DNA of 64,000 nucleotides from assembly GCA_951406725.2 (NCBI GenBank), contig OX597826.1, positions 58,466,001-58,530,000 on the forward strand. The letters are read 5' to 3'. Positions 28,371-42,525 of this stretch are shown in pieces. The stretch is from Octopus vulgaris (Eukaryota). The notes under the pieces were generated by a model, which was given only the letters and a program-made list of their open reading frames with translations, did no database searches and was not told where the DNA came from. A program made the position numbers and the translations under genes. Each line of letters begins with the position of its first letter. Within the stretch, counting starts at the first letter, position 1.

Positions 28371-29831
28371 TATATATATGTATGTGTGTGTACATGTGTA
28401 TGTATACACCGAACACCCTCAGCTTCTGTCCTTTCACTTTCATTCCCGCGATTCTGGTTATCGAGAGGCTATTCAATATTCTCAATTATACTAGAAGACA
28501 CTCGCTCAAATCCCTGGCAGTGGGATCTAATCCACTTGCACATAGTTGCGAAGCGAACATGTAAACCACCTGACGACCATATTTTTAAAAATACATTCTA
28601 CAGATGCTGAGCTTAATAGTCTAGAAATTTCTTATTAACAACCCATCTCAGCCATTTAGACGTCTATTTTACTGTTTATGTTTGGGTTAAGTTAAGAGTT
28701 TAAACATTGCTCTATCTCCTCACAGAGGAATGCAAGCCAGAGTACACATAAACCAGTCAGTCTCTCTGAAGCAGAAAGAAACTCTATAGCGACTGATATG
28801 TAATGCAGGAACATAGTCTGGCTCCAGTATCTGTTCACAGTTTTAGCGATTGTTTTGTTAGTTTTATTTCGATTTGTTTGTTTTACTCGAGTGATTTCTG
28901 TAATCAATATAATGGCCTTTTATCTACGTCTATTATAGATAAACAGCATATTTATTTAATACCACAACACATCCCAGTGTTTCCCCCCCCCCCCCCGTTA
29001 TAATAACGGGTCTGATTTGCTTGTCTCTGATGAACGAAGATGTGATGATTGCCTCCATTTTGTTTTTGTTTTTGTTATTGTTGTTTTTTTTTGTTTTTTT
29101 CTTCTTCACTGAGAAATGTTACTGATTCTGTTTGTAGAACTCAGAAAAACAGAATAACAAGATGATGACATTGAAAGAAAAAAGAGAAAACAAAAAACGG
29201 AATAGAAATTTAAAAAATATAAAATACAAACAACTCTTGTAATATAAAGCAGCAACAATTTTTTTTTTCTTATCAAAATACAAGATATATCGGTTACCTT
29301 TAGAACATTCGAGCAGAGACTCTGCTCAAAACATGATACAATGTTACTAAATAAGATATCCATTTATCAATTTATCAATCTTCTGTCATGATAGCTTGCC
29401 TCTATGGATGTCAACCATGAATATATTCAATTTTGCTTCTTGTTGACGGTTGATGCCATAACACATGATTTGCTGGGTTCAGCATAACACCACTAAGTAT
29501 TTTTCACTTTGCACTGCTTTTGCCATGTGATTTGATCTCCGAACCTGTGGGTTGAGACTGAAACATTTTGTACCGTTGTAAGAATAATAGAAGACACTTA
29601 CACATAAGCAAAAAGAAACCCTGACACGAGCAATATATATCTATATATATGTATATATATATATATTTTGTTGTTTAAAAAAATGTCCAGTTCCTTGGGT
29701 TTGTGTCTATGTTTTCGTTTTTCATTGTGTTCGACGTCTTTTTGGTGTCCTGTACTCATATATGCGTGTATATGTACATGTAGAGGTAGGTACGTACATA
29801 TATGTTTATATATATGCATATGTTTTATTTA

Positions 29832-29897
<66 letters not shown>

Positions 29898-30099
29898 GAG
29901 GGAGAGAGAGAGAGAGAAAGAGACTATGAAGAGTTTACGTCAGGATGGCACAAACTAATGAGCATGTGCTCTGAGTGCAGAAATAGGTGTGCCACCAAAA
30001 TTCCAGATTCAACAACGGTTGAAGTTGTGGTTGTGTAATTCTTTTATTTAAAAATCGGCTAATGGTAGCTTCCCTTTGAGTCAGTAACTATAGGTTTAA

Positions 30100-30262
30100 A
30101 GGTTTACGCTGTGTGGGAAGTAGCTTGCATACCAACCACGTGATTCCGGGTTCAGTTTTACTGCGTGGCAACTTGTACAAGTGTCTTCTACTATAGCCTC
30201 GGGCCGACCAAGGACTTGTGAGTGGATTTGATAGACGGAAACTGAAAGAAGCCCGTCGTATG

Positions 30263-30331
<69 letters not shown>

Positions 30332-30530
30332 CTGTGTTTGTCCTCCCACCATCGCTTGACAACCGATGCTGGTGTGTTTATGTCACCGTAACTTAGCGGC
30401 AAAAAAAGACCGATAGAATAAGTACTAGGTTTACAAAGTATAAGTCCTGGAGGTTGATTTGTTCGACTAAATGTGGTGCTCCAGCATAGCCGCAGTCAAA
30501 TGACTGAAACAAAATAAAAGAATAAAAGAA
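30100..30530 (+). mobile_element. CORE-like tRNA SINE with internal (TA)/(TG) microsatellite
   Basis: tRNA-like head, CORE-like cttg..caagtgtctt, tail ccagcatagccgcagtcaaatgactgaaac. Confidence 0.9.
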
Positions 30531-30544
30531 TATATATATGTATA

Positions 30545-30611
<67 letters not shown>

Positions 30612-30773
30612 GTATATATATACATATGTATATATAGTCAATTTAATGTTTATTTAATTCAGTGATTTTTGGAATAATATTTATTATAGTATATTAAAAC
30701 TTTTCTATATGGTATAGATAAAGTCTTTCAATATTGAATTACTTCATAGAGGTTATTTCTCATAATTATATAC

Positions 30774-30851
<78 letters not shown>

Positions 30852-30925
30852 GGGGTAAGTAAATGTGAATGTATATATATGTACATATTGGTCTCTAGGT
30901 ATGAGTGTATACATATATATATATA

Positions 30926-31599
30926 CAGGGTGACCATAAAGTCACGCACCAGCCACCATTATGTAAAAGTGCTACTAACATTACGCACAAATCAATCCTC
31001 ATTGGTTGGAGGTAGATAGTCAACAAGGTGGGGCGAGGGGGGGGGGGGCAAGACAATGGTGTGTTGTAGGATTTGGCACAATCAAGTAACTGCACCGTTT
31101 CATTTTGAAACGTGATTCGTATCTGGACATGCTCGGCAACAAGATGATGCTTCACGTGCCATTCACTTGGAAGGGGAAATCATATCCGTTTACAGCTGGA
31201 TGGGGGGGGGGGGGCGGAGCCCCATCATGCATTATAGGTTCGTGATTTTCTGAATGACCATTTTCCAATCATGAGCACCACGAACACCAATGAGCACTAC
31301 GGACACCAGATTTAACTCGCATGGACTTTTTTCTTCTGGGGCTACATTAGATCTCTTGTGTATTCTGAAAAGATTCGTGACCAAGGACATCTTCTTCAAA
31401 GAATTATCGAAGCGTGTGAACAAGTCAACGGCAATGAAGAGCTATTTGAGAGAGGGTTCACCGCAATTTCAAATTCCGTATAAACACTTGTTTAGAACTA
31501 CATGGCCAACACTTCGAACATTTGTAATGGATTATCTACTTCATTGCTAATAAAGCATACTTGACATTTCCCATGGTGTGTGACTTTGTGGCCACCTTG
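30926..31599 (+). mobile_element. Internally deleted Tc1/mariner-superfamily element (rosa/DD41D-like), 674 bp, TA TSD
   Basis: 25-bp TIRs cagggtgaccataaagtcacgcacc / reverse complement caaggtggccacaaagtcacacacc (4 mismatches); remnant peptides PHHAL*VRDFLNDHFP and PDLTRMDFF. Confidence 0.85.
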
Positions 31600-31667
31600 T
31601 ACACACACACAGACACACTGACTCACTCACACACACACACATACATACACAAGCATTCTCAAACAAA

Positions 31668-31825
31668 CAGTTTGAAATATTGATTTTAAATTTTGGCACA
31701 AGGCCAGTAGTTACGGGGGGGGGGGGGGGATAAAACGGTTGTTTCAACACTAGTCTTCAACTGGTATTATTTTATCGAATCCAGAGAGACGAGATGCAAA
31801 GGCGACCTCGGTGGAATTCGAAATC
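31668..31825 (-). mobile_element. Meta-like SINE fragment, tail B
   Basis: aattttggcacaaggccag...caactggtattattttatcga...gacctcggtggaattcgaa. Confidence 0.7.
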
Positions 31826-31827
31826 AG

Positions 31828-32478
31828 AAATACATACATGCATGCATACATACATGATTACATACATACATGATTACATACATACATACATACATGCATG
31901 GATACATGCATGCAGGCATACATACATGCATACATAATACATACATGCAGGCACGCAGGCATACATACATGCATACGTATATACATACATGCATATATGA
32001 ATATATGCATGCGTATACACATACATATGTACAAATATACATCCATGCATACAAATACACATACATACATTCAAACATCCATCCATCCATCCATCCATCC
32101 ATCCATCCATACATACATACATACATACAAACATGCATGCATACATTTATACATACGTACATGCATACATATATATACAGGGGGTATGGTAGAGCTTCTC
32201 AGCCGAATGAATTTGTCTTGATTCGGGCCATCTACGTATACACATCTATACATATATACATACATACATACATACATACATACATACATACATACGTACA
32301 TACAAACATACATACATACATACATACATACATACATACATACATACATACATACATACATACATACGTACGTACAAATATACATCCATCCATACATACA
32401 AATACACATATATGCATACATACACACATTGAAGCATCCATCCATCCATGCATACATACGTACATGCATACATATATA
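31828..32478. repeat. (TACA)/(CATC) tract including an old ~300-bp tandem duplication
   Basis: gtatggtagagctt.tcagccgaatg...cgggcc.tctacg occurs at about 32183 and 32486, each after catacatacgtacatgcatacatatatat. Confidence 0.8.
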
Positions 32479-32479
32479 G

Positions 32480-32900
32480 GGGAGAGTATGGTAGAGCTTG
32501 TCAGCCGAATGGATTTCTCTCGTCTCGGGCCTTCTACGCTGAATGTGTCCCTGCATAATTATGTTGCAGGAAGACGTAGCCACTTCCAAATCCGCTTGGA
32601 ACGATCTTACAGAATGGATCAAGATTTACTTGGTCTCCAGAATAAATCCCTGATACTTTGAAGCGGATTATCTTCAGTTGCTGTTTTCTCTGTGTCATTA
32701 TTGAGAACACTTGGCTCTCCTGATCGATAAATTGTCAAAAGATCGAAATCGCCTGTTTATTTAATCTGGTAAGCAACCCTTAGCATTTCGGAACACTCAA
32801 CATCAAGATATACACTGCGTATGTTTTTCCCTTGCATGTGTTATATTGTTGCTCTCACGAAATTCTTGAAGCATGCAGTACTCAATATGCAGCCCACTGA
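32480..32900 (-). mobile_element. Highly decayed RTE-like LINE 3' fragment
   Basis: Reverse-strand peptides KRIWKWL and NIIMQGHIQRRRP resemble the RTE C-terminal LKWxGH / IMQGxxxGxRxRGRP motifs. Confidence 0.4.
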
Positions 32901-33031
32901 AGCCCTGTTCTTCCAAGGACTATGAGATAAACCATATACAAGCCATACACATTAATGTTTGGTCGTTAGGTCTACATTAATTGATTGATTGTAAGAACTC
33001 CTTTTATTGACTTGTAAACTATTTGTGGTAT

Positions 33032-33333
33032 TGTTTTTCCTTTTCGAGCCACGCCTGGTTCATAAGGGCTGATTTCCCGGTTTCTTTGGCGCATAGGTTC
33101 CCCACCTCGACGGGACGCCTATCCGTCTCAGCTGAGCTGCTAGATGCCGGAGGAAAGAGTGAGAGAAAGTTGTGGCGAAAGAGTCAGCAGGAGTTCGCCA
33201 TTACCTTCTGCCGGAGCCGCGTGGAGCTTAGGTATTTTGCTCATAAACACACACATCACCCGGTCTGAGATCCGAGCCCGCGATTCCTCGACCGCGAGTC
33301 TGCTGCTCTAACCACTAGGCCATGTGCCTCCAC
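33032..33333 (-). mobile_element. Fourth tRNA-derived SINE family, full length, perfect 11-bp TSD
   Basis: atttgtggtat at 33021-33031 and 33334-33344; head gtggaggcacatggcctagtggttagagcagcagactcgcgg (A-box-like); partial copies at 36186-36483 and 53672-53808. Confidence 0.9.
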
Positions 33334-33469
33334 ATTTGTGGTATGGCGTCAGACAATTTTCTCGAAAGTACAATATTGCTCTTCAGTATCCCTAATATTT
33401 TACCAAAGATTGAAGTTTATATGTTAGTCGACGTGCCTGAGTCATTAAAAATATCAACCCTGGTAGACA

Positions 33470-33760
33470 ATAGCCGAAATAGGGTTCTTTTGAAGGGTCA
33501 CTGGAATAACGTTACTTGACAGAATGCGCAGCTCGAATGTCAGTGAGTCTCTCCCATGTCAAACCGCTATTTCTCCTCATTGAGAGGCCACAGCTCCAGT
33601 AATACGGACATGTCATTAAGATGTCGCAGGAAAGAATCGCAATAAGGACTCTTGAAGCAGAGCCAACTGGCAGAAGATCAAGAGGGAGACCAAGGGGGTG
33701 ATGATTGGTTAATATCTATTGTCTCAGTTTATTATGCCTGAGAATGAAAGGAGAAAAAAA
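33470..33760 (+). mobile_element. RTE-clade LINE C-terminal fragment
   Basis: RVTGITLLDRMRSSNV...KPLFLLIERPQLQ*YGHVIKMSQERIAIRTLEAEPTGRRSRGRPR matches the RTE IERSQLRWFGH...GRRPRGRPR signature. Confidence 0.85.
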
Positions 33761-35099
33761 CGCACTCAACACCAGAGCTGAAGGTACCTCTGAAAGACAC
33801 GTCTCCGCCACTCGAAAACGATAGAAGAGTAGGGGACGGAAACCAGACGTGGTTCCTCCTGATGATGTCCTAAGCCACTGGATCCTATAAAGGAGTTGTT
33901 GAGGTAGCGATCCACAAAATATAGTTGGAATTCCTCAACCGGAATGTGTAATGGCTGTTGCTTCTGATTGTAGCCTATAGACGTGGTACCTGAGGCTACT
34001 TCACCCGTGATCTTCCAATGAATAGTGAGTGTAGAAGATGGATGGATGGATGGATGGACGGTACTTAGCCTCAATAATTTAAGTGGTAAATCTTAATGGC
34101 CTTACATCTCATTTGCCGGTTCTGCATTCGTTTTAAGCCGAACCTAATCTAAAAATCTGATATGCCAAAATAAAACGCAAATAGTCTGAAATGTAGCATT
34201 ATTTCTTCAGCAACTTTAATGTGCAACTTAGATGTTCTTTCTTGATACACAATGTTAATATAATATAATTTGTTTGTGTGGTGTAATTTAGAAAATATAA
34301 CCATATTGATTTAAACTTGTTATTTGTGCTAACGGCAAAAGGCTAGGGTGGAAACTGTATACAATAAAATTCTTCTTACCTGTTTAAAAATCCGATTTGA
34401 TTTAATGGAGATAGTAATTATTACAGTGCCTGTAATGTATTATCAATAATCCGATTCGTTCAACCGATCTCATTTATGAGCAAAATAACAATTAAACTCA
34501 GTTATTATTGTATGATGAGTTTAATAGATCGAAATAGAGAAACATAATGGCGAATGTATTAATTAAAAATGAAGCCTGTCCATTTACTGTTGTCATTTAT
34601 TTTGATGATTATCATTTGTTTATAATTTGGAGTTTTATTGGATCTCGGAATTATTCCGAGTATTGCATCAATTTTAAACACACGTTGAAGACAAAGTTAT
34701 CAATATAGGTATTTGGCGCCAGGCCCTTGAAAATGCGGAACCTGTAGGACCTTTATCGTTCTTTCCTTTAAATCAATGAAGAACTCTATGCGTGCGCGTT
34801 TTAGTACACACACACACTTAAACCCCTCCACACATATAGAGACACACGCACACAAAAGCACACTCACACATATACATCCATCCATACATACATACATGTT
34901 ATAGACCTGTCATGTAAACAGAAGTCGACAATTCAATATCGTTCCTTTCTTTCTCTTTCATATATATACGATGTTTATTGAAATAAAAGTTAAGTGCGCT
35001 CTCGCTATTATAAATACTCATAAACCGTTATGTATATTTGCTATTACCTTATTATAATAATTATTACTGTTTTACACTAATAAAGTGATTAGTTAATAA

Positions 35100-36180
35100 A
35101 AACGTTAATGCACCGAAAAAAATGCTAGGCAACATTTTTCCAACACGTTATGTTCCATGTGCAAATCCCACTGAGAATAAACTTCCTTTTCATCCTCTCG
35201 GGGTCAATAAAATGAGAATCCCGGTCAAGTGTTGGAATCGATATAATCTACCAACCCCACTCTTGCACTAGTGACCTTATTTTAAATTTTCAAACGATCA
35301 GTTGACCGTAAGGTTAATTGTGTCTAATGTAGGCACAAAGCCAGAACATTTGAGGAGAGAGCTGTCAGTTGATACTGTCGACCCTTGTACTGAACTGGCA
35401 CTGTAATTTAACGACCCCGAGCGATGAAAGGTTAAGTTGACGTCGGTGGAAAGAGGGATCAGTTTTGAACTCAGAGCAAAGAGAGGTAGAAGACATACCA
35501 CTTGAGATTTTGTCAGACGCTCTAATGATTACGCCAGCTCGTTGCCTTTGGCATCAAATTTTGGTACAAGGCCAGAGATTTTGGTGGAGAGAGGGCAAGA
35601 TATATCGATCCCAGTGCCAGTGCTTTGTAGGTACTGTCTTATTTTTTTATTGCCCACAAGGGGCTAAACAGAGGAGACAGACAAGGACAGACATAGGGAT
35701 TAAGTCGATTACATCGACACCAGTGCGTAACTAGTACTTAATTTATCGACCTCGAAAGGATGAAAGGCAAAGTCGACCTCGGCGGAATTTGAACTTAGAA
35801 TGTAACAGCAGACGAAATACCGCTAAGCATTTCGCCCGGCGTGCTAACGTTTCTGCCAGCTCGCCACCTACTGCATCTTATCTCTTCCGAGAGGCTGAAA
35901 AGCAAAGTCAGCCTCGGTGGCACTTGATACCAAAACGTAAAACCGGACAAACTGCCTCTGAATATTTTGTCCGGGGTGCTAAAGATTTTCCCAACTCGTT
36001 GTAATATTCACTTCAAGTTTTGGCACAATTAGTAGATTACATTGATCCTAGTGGTCAACTGGTACTTATTTTATCGTCCACGAAATGATGAAAGGCAAAG
36101 TCGACCTCAACGGTATTTGAACTCAGAACGTAAAGACAGACGAAATCCGCTAAACATTTTGTCTGGCAAACCCACGATCC
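35100..36180. mobile_element. Cluster of at least five Meta-like SINEs (one +, four -), including a younger tail-A copy (35641-35868) nested in a tail-B copy
   Basis: Repeated gaaaggcaaagtcgacctc and tttgaactcag blocks; the nested copy is flanked by tactgtctta / tactgcatctta. Confidence 0.8.
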
Positions 36181-36185
36181 TTCAA

Positions 36186-36483
36186 CCGCCAGTCCGCTGC
36201 TCTTACCACTAGGCCATGTACCTCCACGATATCGATATATATACCAAAGTAATTATATTTACCTCTATGACGATATATGTTGTTTGTTCCTTCTCAAGCC
36301 ATGCCTGTCTCATAGGGCTGGTCTCCCGGTTTCCTTGGCGTGTAGGTTCCCCATCTTGTCGGGACGCCGGTCCGTCGCAGGTGAGCAGCAAGATGCAGGA
36401 GGAAACAGTGAGATAAAGCTGTGGCGAAAGAGTCAGCAGAAGTTTCGCCATTACCTTCTGCCGGAGCCGCGTAGAGTTTAGGT
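36186..36483 (-). mobile_element. Two partial copies of the 33032 SINE family (head 36186-36228; body 36283-36483)
   Basis: Direct similarity to 33032-33333. Confidence 0.85.
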
Positions 36484-36705
36484 TTCAGAATGTTAAATAT
36501 ACATCAACCAGAGTACGACGCTGTAGTGAATTTATTCTTAACAACTCTACGTTATATCCAGCAAATCGGGCGAAAAGAAGACCGGTATGTCTAGAGAAAT
36601 AGACAGAGGTGGGGGATACATAGGTGGTGCGAGGTAGAGAGGTAGAAAGATATATTGAAAAGTATACAGATAACTAAATAGACTGATAAATGCATAAATG
36701 TATAG

Positions 36706-36713
36706 ATTGATAG

Positions 36714-36773
<60 letters not shown>

Positions 36774-37070
36774 CTAGAAGGAGAGAGAGAGAGCTAGAAG
36801 GAGAGAGAGAGAGCTAGAAGGAGAGAGAGAGAGCTAGAAGGAGAGAGAGAGAAAGAGAGAGAGGAAGATATATATAGGTATGTAGGTAGGTAGGTAGACA
36901 GATAGATACATAGACAGACAGACAGATAGGCATATAGATATATAGACAGATAGATAGAGAGAGAGAGATGAAGAGATAGATAGATACAGAGAGAGAGAGA
37001 GAAAGCGAGGAAGAGATAGATAGATAGGGAGAGAGAGCGAGGATGAGATAGAGAGATAGATAGATAGATT

Positions 37071-37115
<45 letters not shown>

Positions 37116-37147
37116 GGAGGTAGATAGATAGATAGATGGATAGATTG

Positions 37148-37196
<49 letters not shown>

Positions 37197-37228
37197 GGGA
37201 AGAGATAGATAGATAGGTACAAATATAG

Positions 37229-37261
<33 letters not shown>

Positions 37262-37310
37262 TAGAGAGAGGTAAATAGATAAAGATAGATAGATAAATAG
37301 ATAGCTAGAT
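36706..37310. repeat. (GATA)/(GA) tract with a 20-bp minisatellite (gagagagagagagctagaag)x4
   Basis: Directly visible at 36761-36840. Confidence 0.9.
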
Positions 37311-37415
37311 TATTATCGAAAAGACAGGAAACAGACATAAATAGAGAGGAAAACAGCTTCAGTCTGCTCCTCTGAGTCATTCGGAGATGTTCCATAAATA
37401 TTTATAACATCTTAC

Positions 37416-37712
37416 GGAGCAGAACTTGATTTCCTCCTTCCATTTAATGTCAAACTAAATATTCCACTTTCATTTTAGTTTATCCGTCGGATCTGCCTTC
37501 TGCTTCATTCCAGCTCTAATTTCTGGGTAGATGACAGATACCCCTAACAGAATCAAACCATCGGCCGCCACCCCATTACCAATATTACTATCGCCGCTAT
37601 CATCACCATCATCAACAACTTCACCTAAAAACTTTTCTGTATTTTCGCTGCCATCTTCAACATCGCCGTCGCCACACGTTTTCTGTAAATGGATTTTACA
37701 CGGCTGCGATGA
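37416..37712 (-). other. Candidate exon of an unidentified gene
   Basis: Acceptor ctgatatttacatttctacAG and donor C|GTAAGA; frame 0 is open for 80 codons (SSQPCKIH...DKLK*); a late ATG gives MEGGNQVLL up to the donor. No homologue recognised. Confidence 0.3.
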
Positions 37713-37852
37713 CTGTAGAAATGTAAATATCAGAATGGCAAATATCAGAATGGTATTGATCAAAGAAGGAGGCTGATATTGAGAACTGCCAAAGACACAT
37801 ATCAAGTATACAATTAGATACATGTGTCAAACAGAACATTTCCTATATCATT

Positions 37853-37891
<39 letters not shown>

Positions 37892-37938
37892 GATTATTGA
37901 ATGTATATACTTATATACATAGACAGATATACATATAA

Positions 37939-37969
<31 letters not shown>

Positions 37970-37970
<1 letters not shown>

Positions 37971-38177
37971 CTCTTTCTTTACTCTCTTTACTTGTTTCAG
38001 TCATTTGGCGGTGGCCATGATGGAGCACCGCCTTTAGTCGAACAAATCGCCTCCAGGACTTATTCTTTGTAAGCCTAGTACTTATTCTATCGGTCTCTTT
38101 TGCCGAACCGGGGACGGAAACACACCAGCATCGGTTGTCAAGCGATGTTGGGGGACAAACACAGACACACAAACACA

Positions 38178-38235
<58 letters not shown>

Positions 38236-38308
38236 CGACGGGCTTCTTTCAGTTTCCATCTAGCAAATCCACTCACGAGACTTTGGTCGGCCAGAGGCTA
38301 TAGTAGAA

Positions 38309-38312
<4 letters not shown>
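37970..38312 (-). mobile_element. CORE-like SINE lacking the tRNA head
   Basis: High similarity to 56233-56540. Confidence 0.9.
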
Positions 38313-38377
<65 letters not shown>

Positions 38378-38754
38378 GAGTATACATAATAATACATGCT
38401 CACACGCTTATACACACAGGCGTGAGCACACACAATGCACTCACAAACACACATCTCAAACACAGACGAACCGATACACGAAACGGTGTGTTCTGGTCAT
38501 CTTGATCATCATATCTGTGTATGTATCTAATTATATGGGTGCTGTGTATATTAATAACAGCCCAAAAATTAAAAAAAAAAAAAGAAATCATGAAGGTTTC
38601 GGTTCTTAGTATATTAATGAGTAGAAATAGCCTTCGAATTTTCCTAAATGAGATTGTACCAAACCCTTTCCGAGATAGCATTTAAGTTTAACTCTGGAGG
38701 GTCAACCATTTTGAAATACATGCATTTGTTTTTCTATATGCATCTGCACGCGAG

Positions 38755-39830
<1,076 letters not shown>

Positions 39831-40250
39831 ATGTATTACGTGTGCGCTTGGGTGTGCGTTAGAGTTCAAATTCCGATAATTACTTATCAAAGTTGGCAAC
39901 TTCTTTGGGTGTGCTGCAAAAAGGTTTCCCAAAGTTCAAAGGTGATGTAACATGGAAAGAATCAGCGGATGTAATACATATGGGTGCATATAGCGTATGT
40001 GAACCTGTTTGCGTGTATATACACATATATGTGTATTTTATAAACGCATATATGTATGTGGACGCAGATATACATATGTGTATATGTATAGCTATGCAGA
40101 TATGTTCGTATATGCGTATAATACTTGCAAATAGTATATACACAATCCTGTATCTGACTATATCTCCTTATTTTTTTTTGTCTTCTTTCTGCTCTTCCAA
40201 ATTCTTTACATATTTTGTTCTGTCGTGTTCCTTGCGAATATGCTTTACAT

Positions 40251-40906
40251 TAGTGATTCTCAACCGGGGTCTGTATGGCCCATATGGGTCCATATAAGAT
40301 TTGGGGGCGTGGGGCGGACCACACAACAGAATAGTAAATTTCGGATCCTCAATATTATTTTAAGGGTCCCTCAAAAAATTCTTCTTCTGTATTGGTATGT
40401 ATTCCAAGAAGGTTTTTTCTCTACATATTTCAACCTACACATGTTAATGTATAGGGTCCATATGAGATTTTTGAGGGTCCACGCAAAATTTTTAAAAAAA
40501 TGTTGCCCTAGATGCATGTATTGGTGTGCATCGCAAGAAACACCTAGGATTCTTTCTTTACATGGTTCAACCTACACAAACTAATGAGTAGGGTCGATAT
40601 AAGATTTTTCAGGGTCCACGCAGCAAAATAGTAAATTGGGATCCACAATAATATTTTAAGGGTCACTGAAAAAAATTTTACCTTAAATGTTTGTATTGGT
40701 ATGTATTGCAAGAAACAGCTAGGTTTCTTTCTCTCACATCTTACATGGTTCAGATTACACAAGTTAATGTGTGAAAAACAAAATAGGAATATTGAAAGAA
40801 GTTTCTATAAAACTAATTTTTAAACAGCGAATGCTCATGGGAGTTCACCAGAACAGAACAGAAATCAAAGGGGTTCAACGATAAAAAAAAATGTTGAGAA
40901 CCCCTG
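40251..40906. mobile_element. hAT (Charlie-like) MITE, 656 bp, 8-bp TSD, internal tandem repeats
   Basis: Ends tagtgattctcaacc / tgttgagaacccctg; TSD ctttacat / atttacat (7 of 8); the internal block caagaa...tacatggttcaacctacac...gggtcc..ataagatttt recurs about three times. Confidence 0.85.
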
Positions 40907-41514
40907 ATTTACATAAAATAATTTTTCAGTAATTCTTATGAGGTACTGCTAGCATCCTGACCGAGTAAGAACAATCCCTAAATTCAGAATTTTCTGTAGA
41001 CGTTCCAAGAGTCTAAGAAATTCATGGGTTTGAATTTGTCTTGAGTTCACTGCACTGAACCCACATTTCAGCGCAATCATTTATTGAAACCAATGACACA
41101 ACAGAGATTGAGACGACCAGAAACGAAATGCACTTCAATATTCTTTTATTGGAATTTCCCTTCTAACGAAAATTAGGGGTCCTTCACTGCCAATGATTCT
41201 CATACTAATTAACCCATAGGTGAGGCCCTAACAGGTGCTACTTCTCTGGGTAGTAGACTTGGGAATAATTATGGCAAAGGAATGGTCCCACACTACTCAA
41301 GATCATGTGTGTGCGTATGTGTCTGGTGTGCGTGTGCGCGCATTGTCAAAAGTTGAAAAATTTTCTGTGTATATATATGCATATAAGTTTAAGTACACAC
41401 AAACGCACACACATAAACACGAGCGCGCGCACACACAGGCACACATACACGCATCCACACACACACACACAAGATCATTTATTTTTTTATCTTTTAATTG
41501 TTTCAGTCATTAGA

Positions 41515-41974
41515 CTGTGGAAACCGGGTTCTAGAGGTTGTCATTAAGCTCTGCAGTAATTTTGGAAGCTGTACTTTTATGATCCTTTCTAACACTTCGC
41601 GTAAGAGTCCGATGGTCCCTATCTGAAAGTTTTGGTTTTCTCCCGGAGTTTTATTTCGACGAGAGTTTTTCCCCTCTTTCTCAAAGGCTGTCATTGCTTT
41701 CGAGACATTACTTCTTGATACACCAAACACTTCAGTTATTTTCGTTACGCTAGCGCCTGCCATACGAGCACCGACAATTTGACTCCTTTGAAAGTCCGAC
41801 AGATATGTCATTTTAATGAATTTTAATTACCTTCTTCTGATGATATCCGGAAAAAAAACAGCAATTTCAACAAAAGATATTAAACAACATTAATAATAAA
41901 GCAAAAATCATAAAAATAAACAAGCTTTTATTGATGCTATGAAGCAAAGTGTTTCCATTATTTTGTCCAACCCC

Positions 41975-41976
<2 letters not shown>
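41515..41976 (-). mobile_element. Tc1 element 5' part (TIR plus N-terminal transposase), joined to a CORE-like SINE tail (41484-41520)
   Basis: Terminus caggggttggacaaaataatggaaacac; MTYLSDFQRSQIVGARMAGASVTKITEVFGVSRSNVSKAM is a Tc1-type HTH. Confidence 0.9.
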
Positions 41977-42033
<57 letters not shown>

Positions 42034-42179
42034 ACACATGCACACATCCAACCACAAATGAGAGAGAAATAGATAGAGACTGAAATAGTGAAAGAGAAAT
42101 GCCACTAAGTAAGGCAACGGTGAAAATTTACCCACGGAATGTAAAGGAGAGAAGTATAGTATATATATTTGAACCTTTA

Positions 42180-42525
42180 AAGCTGTTAGTTTGTGTGCCG
42201 TTTGATCGCTCGTGATAGCAGTGAAGGCTGACAGAGGAAGGAGAAGGGGGAGAGTTGTGGACAAAATGGCGGCAAGTTGTTTAAGAGATGATTGGTTTGT
42301 TTCGCCTGATGCGGGGGAAAAACGGATGAAAATCATAATGAGACTTTGATACCATCTATTGTACCGGTATGTGCGGAATTCTTGCTAATAGTGAAGCCGT
42401 TTAAAAGGTTTTTGGCCGGTCATGGCGTGAAACCTAACAGGGATTAGCTTTGTGATGGTCTCCGAGTGATGTGTGGTGAGTAAGCGTTGCCGCCGTGTGT
42501 CATGGCGGCGATAGCGGTCGTTATA
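42180..42525. promoter_or_regulatory. Promoter-like unique island
   Basis: Locally CpG-rich; YY1-like aaaatggcggc (~42263), reverse CCAAT gattgg (~42290); splice-donor-like sites on both strands (+ G|GTGAGT ~42476; - G|GTAAAT ~42131). Confidence 0.4.

Noticed and set aside
33766-34074. 102-aa minus-strand ORF of normal complexity
   Set aside because: No recognisable motif or convincing splice sites; lies next to an RTE fragment.
42369-42404. ATG giving MCGILANSEAV, reminiscent of an Ntn-amidotransferase N-terminus (MCGI)
   Set aside because: It stops after 11 codons with no usable donor.
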